Of a stretch of DNA of 64,000 nucleotides, positions 44,393 through 53,464 are shown piece by piece. Both the position numbers and the translations under genes were made by a program. Source of the stretch: Candidatus Omnitrophota bacterium (GTDB lineage: Bacteria; Omnitrophota; Gorgyraeia; 2-01-FULL-45-10); NCBI GenBank assembly GCA_041648975.1, contig JBAZNZ010000004.1, positions 1,779 to 65,778 of the forward strand. The letters run 5' to 3'. The notes beneath the pieces are model-generated. The model was not told where the DNA came from. It was given only the letters and a program-made list of their open reading frames with translations, and searched no databases. Within the stretch, counting starts at the first letter, position 1. Every line of letters begins with the position of its first letter.

Positions 44393-45808
44393 TTAAGCGA
44401 AGACCCTGTTCTTCCCGGCCGTCTTCGCCTCTTTGAGTAAATTCATGGCCTTTTTATATAATTCGTCTCCGGTCGCCCCGTCGATCGGGTTTTCGCTGAC
44501 ACCGCATGAAACGGTAAGCGCGGCCTTACCTACTCTTACGAGATTCGCGGCTTCTATCCTTTTCCTAAGGTCTTCGGCGATATCGGTCGCCTCTTTCTTG
44601 TTCTTCTCCGGCATGAGGACAGCGAATTCATCCACGCCGACCCTCGCCGCCTTGCCTACCGGCGGGATATTGTCCTTTATCAGCTTGGCCATCTTATTCA
44701 GAGCCTCTTCTGCGGCCAGCTCACCGTGCGTCTCCCTGAAGTTCTTGAAATTGTCGATATTAAATACGATGAACGCGCAAGGCCTCTGATAGAATATCGA
44801 GCGCTTTATCTCTTCCTCGAGCCGTGTGACGATAAAATTCTTATTATAAAGGTCTGTCAAATCGTCTTTTATCGAAAGCTCTTCGGTCTTCCTGTTCAAT
44901 ATGTCGCTCTCGATAGCTATCGTTATCTGTTTTGCGAATACCTTGATCATCTCTATATCGTCGTTCTTGAATTTGAAATCATCGGCCCTGCTGCCGACGA
45001 TAAAAAGCCCCAGGTTATTTCGTCCGGAAAACAAAGGGACGGCTATGATATTCTTTAATCCGTATCCGGCCTTCAACTCTTCCACCTCTTTCGACGGCTT
45101 CATCCCTTTATCCAGGACAAAAATAGCGCGTTCCTGCACGGCCCTTTCCAGGACACTGCGGCCGGTCTTCCTGATCACCAGGTTATCGAGGCTCTCCTTA
45201 TCGAGGTTGTAAGAGGTCTTTACCGAAAAATCCCCATTCCCCGCCTTGGGCATGTACAGCGCGCCGAAACCTGTATCGAATACCAGCGAGGACTTTTCCG
45301 TTATCATCTCCAGCAGCGGGTCGAGCTGTATGGAGCCTGCCGAGATCATGTCCCCGACCTGCAGGAGGCTCGACAATGCCAGGACCTTTTTGTTTATGTC
45401 TACATTTATCTCCCGCATCCTCTGTCCGTAATTCTTCAGTTCATCCAGGTTCGATCTTATCTTCTGGGTCATGGTGTTTATCGAATATGCCAGGTTGCCT
45501 ATTTCGTCTTCGCTCGACACAGACAGTTTCCTGTCATATTCGCCGTTGGCCATTATCTTGGCCTCGATAGCCATATCAATTACGGGATCCACCAGCCCCT
45601 TAGCCAGGGCAAGGCCCAGAATAGCTATTATTATCGAAGAGACCAGCACGACACTTATGGTAGATATTCCGTCGAGATTCGGAAAAACATAAGTCGAGAT
45701 AATATACATCGAAGCGAGGAGAGGTATGATAGACATCAGGCTGAAGGCGAGAAGAAGTTTGTATCTCAAACCCTTGTGGACTATGGTTAAACGCTTGAAG
45801 ATATTCAT
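44393..45808 (-). CDS. Membrane HAMP-GAF-GGDEF domain protein with degenerate GVDEF motif
   Basis: TM helix, HAMP, GAF-like region. GGDEF fold where the RYGGEEF position reads RVGVDEF and no RxxD I-site is present. Confidence 0.75.
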   Translation of the reverse strand: MNIFKRLTIVHKGLRYKLLLAFSLMSIIPLLASMYIISTYVFPNLDGISTISVVLVSSIIIAILGLALAKGLVDPVIDMAIEAKIMANGEYDRKLSVSSEDEIGNLAYSINTMTQKIRSNLDELKNYGQRMREINVDINKKVLALSSLLQVGDMISAGSIQLDPLLEMITEKSSLVFDTGFGALYMPKAGNGDFSVKTSYNLDKESLDNLVIRKTGRSVLERAVQERAIFVLDKGMKPSKEVEELKAGYGLKNIIAVPLFSGRNNLGLFIVGSRADDFKFKNDDIEMIKVFAKQITIAIESDILNRKTEELSIKDDLTDLYNKNFIVTRLEEEIKRSIFYQRPCAFIVFNIDNFKNFRETHGELAAEEALNKMAKLIKDNIPPVGKAARVGVDEFAVLMPEKNKKEATDIAEDLRKRIEAANLVRVGKAALTVSCGVSENPIDGATGDELYKKAMNLLKEAKTAGKNRVFA

Positions 45809-45898
45809 AATATCCTCCTAAATGAGATTATATCCCTAATATATTAATTTTATGGAAAGTATACTATATATATGGCAGTTTGTCAAACAGGGGGCGCT

Positions 45899-47587
45899 TC
45901 AAGATGTTATGATGATAAAATCCCAGGGCAATATTTCATCGGAAAGCCGGGCCCTGCCGGCATAGAACGAGTGGTCGACGCCTGCCTTCTCGAACGCCGC
46001 CATCCAGAGATCGAAATTGAACCTGTCTTTCCATCCGTCAAAACGCGCGCCGGACTTCCAGGCCTCATACACAACAGCGGCAAGAGCCCTGTCCCCTCTC
46101 GAAAAGACAGCTTCAAGATAACTCATCTTGACGGAATGAAAATCCATTTCGACCATCTTTGACCTCATCGACTTCCGCAATAAGTCGATCTTTTTATTCA
46201 GGATAGCGGCGCTGTCCATGGGCTCTCTCTGAAAAGGCGTGTGCGGCTTCGGGACGAAGGCATTTATGCTGGCGGTGATGTGGGCGGACTTTCCGTCAAC
46301 CTCCCTCTTAAGGTCGGAGATCTTGTATATCATCTCAGATATCGAGAGCAGGTCTTTCTCGGTTTCGCCCGGCAGTCCTATCATAAAATATAGTTTTACG
46401 TGCCGCCACCCGGCCTTATAAGATTCCAGCGCGGCGTGAAACAGTTTTTCTATGTCGATACCTTTATTAAGCGACTTCCTCAATTCGGGAGTTCCGGCCT
46501 CCGGCGCGAACGTAAGGCCCGCCTTCTTAACATTCGATATCAGGAGCGGCAGGTTTTTAAGCGCATCCTCTATCCTGAGCGACGGCACGGATATGGACAC
46601 GGACCGAGGGCCGAACTCTTCGTTAAGGCGCGCCATGATCTCCGGCAGGCGGGAATGGTCGACGCTGGAAAGAGAGAGAAGAGATATCTCGTCGTAGCCC
46701 GTCCGGGCGTAAGATTCCCGGGCAAGCTCCAGGATCTTCCCTACCGACCTTTCGCGGCAGGGCCTGTACGTAACCGTAGCCTGGCAGAATTTACACCCGT
46801 GTTTGCATCCGCGCATTATTTCAATTATCAGCCTGTCGTGGATTATCTGGATATTCGGGACTATCTGCTTGACCGGATAATACGCGTCATCTAGATTTCC
46901 GACAAATCGTTTTATTATCTTTGCCGGAGCGTCTTTCTCGATAATGGAAAATTTCTTCGGCGTTCCGTCTTCATTATATTCTGTATTATAAAATGACGGA
47001 ACATAAATACCTTTTATTTTGGAAAGGCGCGTCAATAATTCTTTTCTCGACTCTCCGGCCTTGTACGCATCCACGATCTCCGAGATGACCTCTTCCCCGT
47101 CGCCGATAACGAATGCGTCGATAAATTCCGCTATCGGCTCGGGGTTGTAACAGGAAGGGCCGCCCGCTATGATCAGCGGATCCTCATCCGTCCGTTCCGG
47201 CGCCCTCAGCGGGATCCGCCCAAGGTCCAGCATGTTCAGCACATTGGTATATCCGAGTTCATAGGTAACGCTGAACCCTATTATGTCAAAATCTTTAATG
47301 GGCCTTCTCGTCTCAAGACTAAAGAGGTCGAGATTATTTTTTCTTAAAACATCTTCGAAATCGCCCCATGGAGAAAAAACTCTTTCGCAAAGGCAGTCAT
47401 CCCGGTCATTCAGTATCCCGTATAATATCTTTGTCCCGAGATAACTCATCCCCACTTCATAGAGGTCGGGAAACGCGAGGAGCACCTTAACCTTATCGTC
47501 CGTCCACTCCTTCCGGACAGAGTTCCACTCCCCTCCGCAATACCTCCCGGGCTTCTGCACCGTCAGCAATAATTCTTCAAGATTCAT
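45899..47587 (-). CDS. Radical SAM protein, TIGR03960-like (B12-binding-like N-domain + radical SAM core)
   Basis: CKHGCKFC (CxxxCxxC) motif and family-typical N-terminus LLTVQKPGRYCGGEWNSV. Confidence 0.8.
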   Translation of the reverse strand: MNLEELLLTVQKPGRYCGGEWNSVRKEWTDDKVKVLLAFPDLYEVGMSYLGTKILYGILNDRDDCLCERVFSPWGDFEDVLRKNNLDLFSLETRRPIKDFDIIGFSVTYELGYTNVLNMLDLGRIPLRAPERTDEDPLIIAGGPSCYNPEPIAEFIDAFVIGDGEEVISEIVDAYKAGESRKELLTRLSKIKGIYVPSFYNTEYNEDGTPKKFSIIEKDAPAKIIKRFVGNLDDAYYPVKQIVPNIQIIHDRLIIEIMRGCKHGCKFCQATVTYRPCRERSVGKILELARESYARTGYDEISLLSLSSVDHSRLPEIMARLNEEFGPRSVSISVPSLRIEDALKNLPLLISNVKKAGLTFAPEAGTPELRKSLNKGIDIEKLFHAALESYKAGWRHVKLYFMIGLPGETEKDLLSISEMIYKISDLKREVDGKSAHITASINAFVPKPHTPFQREPMDSAAILNKKIDLLRKSMRSKMVEMDFHSVKMSYLEAVFSRGDRALAAVVYEAWKSGARFDGWKDRFNFDLWMAAFEKAGVDHSFYAGRARLSDEILPWDFIIITS

Positions 47588-47705
47588 CTTTTCAACTCCA
47601 TTAAGCCTCGCCTAAACCTAAGCACTGAAAATATTTCCCATTAATTTTTCGGGTCCCCGCCTGCCAGCGAGAGACTGCTTCAGGCGGGCAGGCTGCCGCG
47701 GCTTG

Positions 47706-47740
47706 GACTTTTTCTTTTAAAGGGCTCGTATGGGTTTACA
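47706..47740. repeat. Outer inverted repeat, left copy (IR-L), of the DUF3800 segment
   Basis: GACTTTTTCTTTTAAAGGGCTCGTATGGGTTTACA is the reverse complement of 49222-49257 (33/35 identical). Confidence 0.85.
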
Positions 47741-47747
47741 AACTGTA

Positions 47748-47779
47748 GTCGTAGGGGAGGTTTAAACCTCCCCTACGAC
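47748..47779. repeat. Perfect 32-bp palindrome (14-bp stem, TTAA loop) immediately inside IR-L
   Basis: GTCGTAGGGGAGGTTTAAACCTCCCCTACGAC. Confidence 0.9.
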
Positions 47780-47828
47780 ATAAGCGCGTATCTATATGCC
47801 CGAACTATTCTCTTCTGTATTCGGGACA

Positions 47829-47935
47829 CCCCATCCCTGCCCGCCAGACTTAGCTTGCTGCGATCAGGCGGGCATACTTCGCCCTTTATCGAGAAAAAGT
47901 CTGGAAGGAGCGTCACCCGTAAAAAATTCCCACCC
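47829..47935. repeat. Inner repeat copy B: GC hairpin (TGCCCGCC...GGCGGGCA) plus core motif CGCCCTTTATCGAGAAAAAGTCTGGAAGGAGCGTCACCCGTAAAAAATTCC
   Basis: Direct-orientation copy of the core motif shared with IR-R. A related hairpin (CCCGCCTG...CAGGCGGG) lies at 47655-47690 next to IR-L. Confidence 0.75.
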
Positions 47936-48152
47936 CACTTCCTTTTGCCGGCCAGGTTCGCTTTTCGCTCACCTGGCCGTCCTCCAACCTGCTTCCCACA
48001 AAGACCTAATATTATTCCCGCCCGGAAACATACGCGGGGCGGGATCCCGCCTCGCGTTAGATTCTAGGCGGGACAATGTGCTCACATAACGTCGGCTTAG
48101 GTTTTTAGCACTAAATTAACGTCCTTATAGGTCATCCCTACGAGATCATATT

Positions 48153-48947
48153 TCAATTATTGCCTATAGTCTTTTGCTCAATGTTTTCTGCTTGAGTAAA
48201 ATATTTTGATAAATTTGCAGTAAAAAATCTATTATTTTTTTGAAATATCTTTTTGAATTCGCTCTCTTTATCCTTTTTATAATATTTTCTGAATCCATTT
48301 GCGAGAGAATGGGCCATCTTCACGCAATATTCTGAATCATCTGCTTCTGAGATACTAACTACTAGCGCTTCTTCGCCCTTAAAATAAGGGGCGTTTGCAT
48401 ACCTGTTAACAGCTTTTGATACCCCCCGCAGTCTTTCATCTATCCACCTTCTCGCTTGCTCCTCAATTATTTCACGTTCTCTAATTTTTAATGAATATCT
48501 GTCGTATTTTATAAAAATATTATTTATTCTTTCTTTACAAGACACAATATCAAATATTGAATGTACAAGCGTCAAGCCATACGAAACTAGCCATACATAA
48601 TTATTTAAGGATGATATTTCTTTATTATTAAGCAAACTACTATTTTTTCGAGCCTCATATGCCTTGATAATAATATCACGGATTTTAGAATCGCTAAAAT
48701 TATAATATACGACATTAGCATACAATCTATGTCTCGTTAATATATCATTTAACATAATAAGATCATTATAAGAAGCTCCGCTTTTTCGTTCACAAAATTT
48801 ATATTGTTCTTTTTCTAATAACTCAACGTTTCCCCCGAGGTGACTTATTACAGCAAAACAAAAACAATTATCCTCTTGCTCTAACTCCTTATATCCTGAT
48901 TCATCACTAAAACAATATAGAGGATTACCTACGATCGCATCATTCAT
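48153..48947 (-). CDS. DUF3800-like hypothetical protein on an AT-rich insert
   Basis: N-terminal PLYCFSDESGY resembles the DUF3800 hh.DESG start. Composition is strongly AT-rich relative to flanks. Own promoter-like TTGATG-16-TATTAT. Confidence 0.55.
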   Translation of the reverse strand: MNDAIVGNPLYCFSDESGYKELEQEDNCFCFAVISHLGGNVELLEKEQYKFCERKSGASYNDLIMLNDILTRHRLYANVVYYNFSDSKIRDIIIKAYEARKNSSLLNNKEISSLNNYVWLVSYGLTLVHSIFDIVSCKERINNIFIKYDRYSLKIREREIIEEQARRWIDERLRGVSKAVNRYANAPYFKGEEALVVSISEADDSEYCVKMAHSLANGFRKYYKKDKESEFKKIFQKNNRFFTANLSKYFTQAENIEQKTIGNN

Positions 48948-49012
48948 TATTATTCACCATATCTTAATTGTACACCGTCTTTACTAAAATATTTAACCAG
49001 TTATTTGGATAA

Positions 49013-49040
49013 ATAATATCTATTACTAAGAAAGCATCAA
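49013..49040 (-). promoter_or_regulatory. Candidate promoter of the DUF3800 gene (TTGATG-16-TATTAT)
   Basis: Minus strand reads cTTGATGctttcttagtaatagaTATTATttatcc, with an AT-rich leader and SD GGTGA. Confidence 0.35.
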
Positions 49041-49060
49041 GTTCGCGCTGCTTCTATATG

Positions 49061-49140
49061 AAAATTTTTACGGGTGATGCTCCTTCCAGACTTTTTCTCG
49101 ATAAGGGCGAAGTTTGGGATGGGGCAGTACAGATACGCGC
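49061..49140. repeat. Inner repeat copy D, an inverted and partly deleted copy of the 47780-47935 segment
   Basis: aaaatttttacgggtgatgctccttccagactttttctcgataagggcgaag...gggatggggcag..agatacgcgc is the reverse complement of ...gcgcgtatct...ccccatccc...cttcgccctttatcgagaaaaagtctggaaggagcgtcacccgtaaaaaatt. Confidence 0.8.
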
Positions 49141-49221
49141 ACAGAATATACCTTAATGTCATGACTTCAGTGTCAAGTTAGACCGTTATCTACACCTTTT
49201 AGTATAAAGAAATAGGGAGAT

Positions 49222-49257
49222 TGTAAACCCCAAACGAGCCCTTTAAAAGAAAAAGTC
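49222..49257. repeat. Outer inverted repeat, right copy (IR-R), of the DUF3800 segment
   Basis: TGTAAACCCCAAACGAGCCCTTTAAAAGAAAAAGTC. Confidence 0.85.
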
Positions 49258-49330
49258 GAAGGAGCAGCAGGACCCGTAAAAATTTGATTCCACATAGGCA
49301 ACTGCCCGCAAGTTCCACGCGGACTGAGAT

Positions 49331-49365
49331 GCGAAAAATTAAAACGTCGAGCGGCGCATGCCGAC
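49331..49365 (-). terminator. Terminator-like hairpin overlapping the rodA stop codon
   Basis: Minus strand reads CGTCGGCATGCGCCGCTCGACG then TTTTAATTTTT. Confidence 0.4.
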
Positions 49366-50427
49366 GTTCAGCAAGAGCCCGATCGCGATGAGCGTAGTGA
49401 TGAGGCTCGATCCGCCGTAACTCACCAGAGGAAGCGGTATGCCGACGACAGGCATAAGCCCTATCGTCATCGATATATTTATTATCACCTGAAGCGATAA
49501 CATCACGCCGATGCCGGTAGCTATCGCCTTCCCGTACATATCGTTTGTGAGCGCGGCTATATTGAACGCGCGTTTTACGATGATAAAATACAATAGGATC
49601 AGCAGCACGGCTCCTAAAAATCCCCACTCTTCGCCGATCACCGAAAATATGAAATCGGTATGCCTTTCGGGTAGAAAATTCAACTGGTTTTGAGTGCCGT
49701 TCATCCATCCCTTTCCAAAGAATCCCCCCGAACCTACAGCTATCTTCGACTGAATAATAGTATATCCTGCCCCTAAAGGATCTATATTAGGATTAAGGAA
49801 TACCAGGAGTCTCTGCCTCTGGTATTCGCGTAAGCCGTGCCAGAAGAAAGGAAGCCCGGCAAGGCCCAACATGATCATGCCTGCCACATATTTTAAATTA
49901 ACTCCGCTTACGGCCAGTATAGAGAAAAAAACAGGGATCAACAGAAGCGCGGTCCCAAGGTCCGGTTGGAGAAGGACGAGAACGAACGGCACGGCCAGCA
50001 ATACAGAAGGGCCGACGATCCCCGTAAAACCGCTCATGGAATTTTTTCTGGTGCCCGCGTAATTCGATAGAGCGAGGATAACGCTTAACTTCATGAACTC
50101 AGACGGCTGGAACGCAAACCCGCCGATGGAGATCCATCGCTGGGCGCCAAGCCTGGCGTGTCCTAATACAAGCACCAGCACCAGCAGTATAATATTTATC
50201 CCGTAAAATATATATGACAGGTCGATAAATTTCTGGTATGAGACAGATACGCATATTATTAAAAAGACGATCCCGATGATCACGAAATTGGCTTGCCGGA
50301 ACAGATAGCTTTCGGCGAACGGTAGCGCCTTCGCCTGCGTAGCGCTGAATACGGACAATAGGCCTATTATCAAGATAAGGAACGTTACGGTAATGAGCGT
50401 CTTGTCAAGGTCCTTAAAGATCCTCAT
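49339..50427 (-). CDS. rodA: SEDS-family peptidoglycan polymerase RodA
   Basis: FtsW/RodA polytopic pattern, immediately downstream of mrdA. Confidence 0.85.
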   Translation of the reverse strand: MRIFKDLDKTLITVTFLILIIGLLSVFSATQAKALPFAESYLFRQANFVIIGIVFLIICVSVSYQKFIDLSYIFYGINIILLVLVLVLGHARLGAQRWISIGGFAFQPSEFMKLSVILALSNYAGTRKNSMSGFTGIVGPSVLLAVPFVLVLLQPDLGTALLLIPVFFSILAVSGVNLKYVAGMIMLGLAGLPFFWHGLREYQRQRLLVFLNPNIDPLGAGYTIIQSKIAVGSGGFFGKGWMNGTQNQLNFLPERHTDFIFSVIGEEWGFLGAVLLILLYFIIVKRAFNIAALTNDMYGKAIATGIGVMLSLQVIINISMTIGLMPVVGIPLPLVSYGGSSLITTLIAIGLLLNVGMRRSTF

Positions 50428-52149
50428 TTACAGATACCCCTTCTTTTTCGCTTCCTCGAATATTCCGTGCGCGATCGCGGCAGGCTCTATTCCGCCCTTG
50501 CCCCCATGTTCGAGAAATACTACTACACAGATCCTGGGATCGTCGTACGGCGCGAATCCGGCAAACCAGGCATGCGTCTTTCCCAGAGGATTCTCTGCCG
50601 TGCCGGTCTTGCCCGCGGCGACCACACCCTCTGCCCTTGCGCGCTTGGCCGTCCCGTTCGGGTCATTTATGACATCGAACATCCCTTCCCTTATGCGCTG
50701 GATCGTCGAGGTCCTAAGGCCTATCTTCTTCTTTTTCTCGGAGCGCATCTCATCTCCGTTTATCTTTTTCACTATATACGGCCTGACGAGACTGCCGCCA
50801 TTCGCAATAACAGAGGTCATGCAGAGCACCTGTATGGGCGTTACCATAAGATAGCCCTGGCCGATCGCGTAGTTCACCGTCTCACCTTCATACCATGCGC
50901 CTTTCCCCGCGGAGCGTTTCCATGCTTTTCCGGGGACCAGCCCTTTCACCTCGTCCGGCAGGTCTATGCCCGTAAGCGCGCCGTATCCGAAAAGCCTGGC
51001 ATACGACTCCATGGCGTCGACTCCCGCCGCTCTTCCCGCGCTGTAGAAAAAGAAGTTGCAGGAATTCATTATACCCTTACGCAAGTTCTGCGGCCCGTGC
51101 CCCGTCTCTTTCCAGCAATTGAACCTCGCGGAACCCAGCTTATAATACCCCGGGCAGGTAAAGATAGTATCCGGAGATATCTTTCTCGTTTCAAGGGCGG
51201 CGGCCGCGGTCACTATCTTGAATACTGAGCCGGGTGGATACAATCCCGATATCGCCCTGTTTGACATGGGTCTTCCCGCCTTGTTCGTGAATAAAAATTC
51301 CCTCCGGCCGGATGTATTCGGTTTCACGAAGATGTTCGGATCGAACGGCGGATGGCTGGCGAGAGCAAGCACCTCGCCGCTCCTTGGATCCATGACTATG
51401 ACCGCGCCCCTATGCTCTCCCAACAATCTGTCGCACGTAGACTGCAGGTCGGCATCTATGGTCAGATACAGGTCTTTCCCGACGGAGGGTTCTTTCAAAC
51501 CAAGCACCCGTGTCTGACGACCCTTACTGTCGACCTCTATCTGCGTGCCGCCGTCAACCCCCTTCAGGTAAGATTCATAATATTTCTCGAGACCGGAGCG
51601 GCCCATAAGGTCTCCCATGCGGTAACCGTACTCCCTTAAGCCCTCTAATTCCTCTTCGGCAACCTCTCCTAAATAACCGAATATGTGGCTGCCGTCTTTG
51701 CCGAGCCTGTAATCGCGCTTGGACTTTGTCTCGACCACGAGTCCGCCTATATTAAAGCTTGCCTCTTCGAGCATGACGGCTTTGTCCTTGTCCACATCTT
51801 CCGCTATCGTCACCGCGGTGTAAGGCCCGAGGCTCGCCTTTTCCAGGGAATTGATTATTTCGATGCCGGACATCCCTAGCGTCTCTTTCAATACGCGGAC
51901 GAGCTTTGCCCTGTCGCTCAACTCGCGGTAGATTACAGCCGCGTCAAACGAGAGCCGGTTCGACACAAGCGGTATCCCGTTCCTGTCGAATATTATGCCC
52001 CTTGGCCCGTCTATGGGTATTATGCGTATGGAGTTATTCTTGGAAAGCTTCGTATAGTATGGACACCTGATTATCTGCGTGTAAAATAGGCCGACCGCCA
52101 GCATAATGAAAAAAGCGGAAATTGCGGAAGTCAATATCCTGTCTCTCAT
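50428..52149 (-). CDS. mrdA: Penicillin-binding protein 2 (elongasome transpeptidase)
   Basis: PBP dimerisation domain plus transpeptidase SxxK/SxN/KTG motifs; mreBCD-mrdA-rodA order. Confidence 0.9.
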   Translation of the reverse strand: MRDRILTSAISAFFIMLAVGLFYTQIIRCPYYTKLSKNNSIRIIPIDGPRGIIFDRNGIPLVSNRLSFDAAVIYRELSDRAKLVRVLKETLGMSGIEIINSLEKASLGPYTAVTIAEDVDKDKAVMLEEASFNIGGLVVETKSKRDYRLGKDGSHIFGYLGEVAEEELEGLREYGYRMGDLMGRSGLEKYYESYLKGVDGGTQIEVDSKGRQTRVLGLKEPSVGKDLYLTIDADLQSTCDRLLGEHRGAVIVMDPRSGEVLALASHPPFDPNIFVKPNTSGRREFLFTNKAGRPMSNRAISGLYPPGSVFKIVTAAAALETRKISPDTIFTCPGYYKLGSARFNCWKETGHGPQNLRKGIMNSCNFFFYSAGRAAGVDAMESYARLFGYGALTGIDLPDEVKGLVPGKAWKRSAGKGAWYEGETVNYAIGQGYLMVTPIQVLCMTSVIANGGSLVRPYIVKKINGDEMRSEKKKKIGLRTSTIQRIREGMFDVINDPNGTAKRARAEGVVAAGKTGTAENPLGKTHAWFAGFAPYDDPRICVVVFLEHGGKGGIEPAAIAHGIFEEAKKKGYL

Positions 52150-52658
52150 AACAGCTCTTCGATCTCCCTCGGGTCATACATGGCGATGAATCTCGAAAAT
52201 ATGGGAACTGCCACAAGGCTTGTGTAGATACCGGCGGGTATTATAGAAGTGAAGAGGTACTCCGAAAAACGAAGGTCGAGCCATTTTGAAAATACTGAGA
52301 CGAGGACATAATGCATTGTCATGGAAAATATGGTAAAAAATAATACAAGCAAGCCCTGAGTCCTCTTCGATTCCCTGAAAAAATTAGTACTAAGCATGCC
52401 GGCCAAAAGGCCGGTGAGCGCGAATACGAAAGTATTTATCCCGAAGAAGTCCAGGCTGTAAAGGTCTTTCATTAAACCAGCGGCTATACCGCTCTCGAGG
52501 CCCATGCCCGCTCCTGCGAAGAGGCCGAAGAAAATGACGCATGCCAGCATTATGTCCGGCTTTGCGCCGAATATCTTCACATAGTCCAGGACGGTGAGGT
52601 GGATGAACAACGCTATCAGCAATATAACATAGACGTATATCCTGTTTATTTTATACAC
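52146..52658 (-). CDS. mreD: Rod shape-determining protein MreD
   Basis: Small polytopic membrane protein between mreC and mrdA. Confidence 0.75.
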   Translation of the reverse strand: MYKINRIYVYVILLIALFIHLTVLDYVKIFGAKPDIMLACVIFFGLFAGAGMGLESGIAAGLMKDLYSLDFFGINTFVFALTGLLAGMLSTNFFRESKRTQGLLVLFFTIFSMTMHYVLVSVFSKWLDLRFSEYLFTSIIPAGIYTSLVAVPIFSRFIAMYDPREIEELL

Positions 52659-53425
52659 AATACCTCTTCTAATTTCGAAAGGTCGTCCGTCGTCCTGACG
52701 ATCGCCGTCTTATAAAGCCTGCCGGGTTCCTTACTTATGCCCGTTACTTCGCCGACAAGTATGTCTTTAGGGAATATAGGGCCGAATCCGGCCGTTATTA
52801 TCTTATCGCCCTTGGCTACATCGGAATCAAGAGCGATGTATATCATCTTGCACATGCCGTCCGGCCTGCCGACCAGTATGCCGCCCTGCCTGTTCTTCTG
52901 TATCAATACACCGACCTTGGAATTCGGGTCTGTTATCAGCAGGATCCTGCTCGAACGCCTGCCCGCCTCGACCACCCTGCCGACCAACCCTTTAACCGAC
53001 AGGACAGCCCTGTCCTGCCTGATGCCGTTAGAGAGCCCTTTATCGATTATGATCGAGTTCGACCAGTTGGCGGGATCCCTGCCGATAACCTGGGCGGGAA
53101 TAGTCGTATGCGGAACGGCCTTCCTGAAATTTATAAAAGATTTAAGCCTCTCATTCTCGTCGTATACCATCTTTGCCTCTTCCAGCTTCCTGGACAGCAG
53201 GCTGATCTTATCGCGGAGGATGCCGTTCTCTTCCCGTAAACAGGCGAACGGTACGATCCTTTTGAACGCGGAAAAAAATCCATGGGAATATTTCAGGGGT
53301 CTTGAAACGGCATCTGTCACTTTAATACGCGCGGGGCTTATTATATTCTTGGAATTCGCTATCAGGAGTACCAGCAGGACGGCTATTAGCGCAAATTTCA
53401 GGATGTTGTTTTTTGAGGTGTGCAC
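52646..53425 (-). CDS. mreC: Rod shape-determining protein MreC
   Basis: Signal anchor, coiled coil and C-terminal beta domains. Confidence 0.8.
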   Translation of the reverse strand: MHTSKNNILKFALIAVLLVLLIANSKNIISPARIKVTDAVSRPLKYSHGFFSAFKRIVPFACLREENGILRDKISLLSRKLEEAKMVYDENERLKSFINFRKAVPHTTIPAQVIGRDPANWSNSIIIDKGLSNGIRQDRAVLSVKGLVGRVVEAGRRSSRILLITDPNSKVGVLIQKNRQGGILVGRPDGMCKMIYIALDSDVAKGDKIITAGFGPIFPKDILVGEVTGISKEPGRLYKTAIVRTTDDLSKLEEVLCIK

Positions 53426-53436
53426 ATCTTAATTTT

Positions 53437-53464
53437 AGCTATCAGCTATCAGCTAAAAGCTATT
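53437..53464. repeat. AGCTATC heptamer array (4 units) between mreB and mreC, abutting the mreB stop
   Basis: agctatc agctatc agctaaa agctatt a. Confidence 0.75.

Noticed and set aside
47780-48120. Possible RNase P RNA or SRP RNA
   Set aside because: AAAGTCTGG...ACGTCGGCTTA is a P4-like pairing, and GTCTGGAAGGAGC resembles SRP domain IV. But the 5' motif occurs four times in the region (47706, 47880, 49089, 49224 in both orientations), the span is too short for RNase P, and other universally conserved RNase P or SRP elements were not found. More simply explained as repeat copies of the island boundary.
49199-49708. 169-aa minus-strand ORF rich in Arg/His
   Set aside because: Overlaps the rodA 3' end and terminator in another frame. 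Low-complexity Arg-rich translation; rodA is the supported gene.
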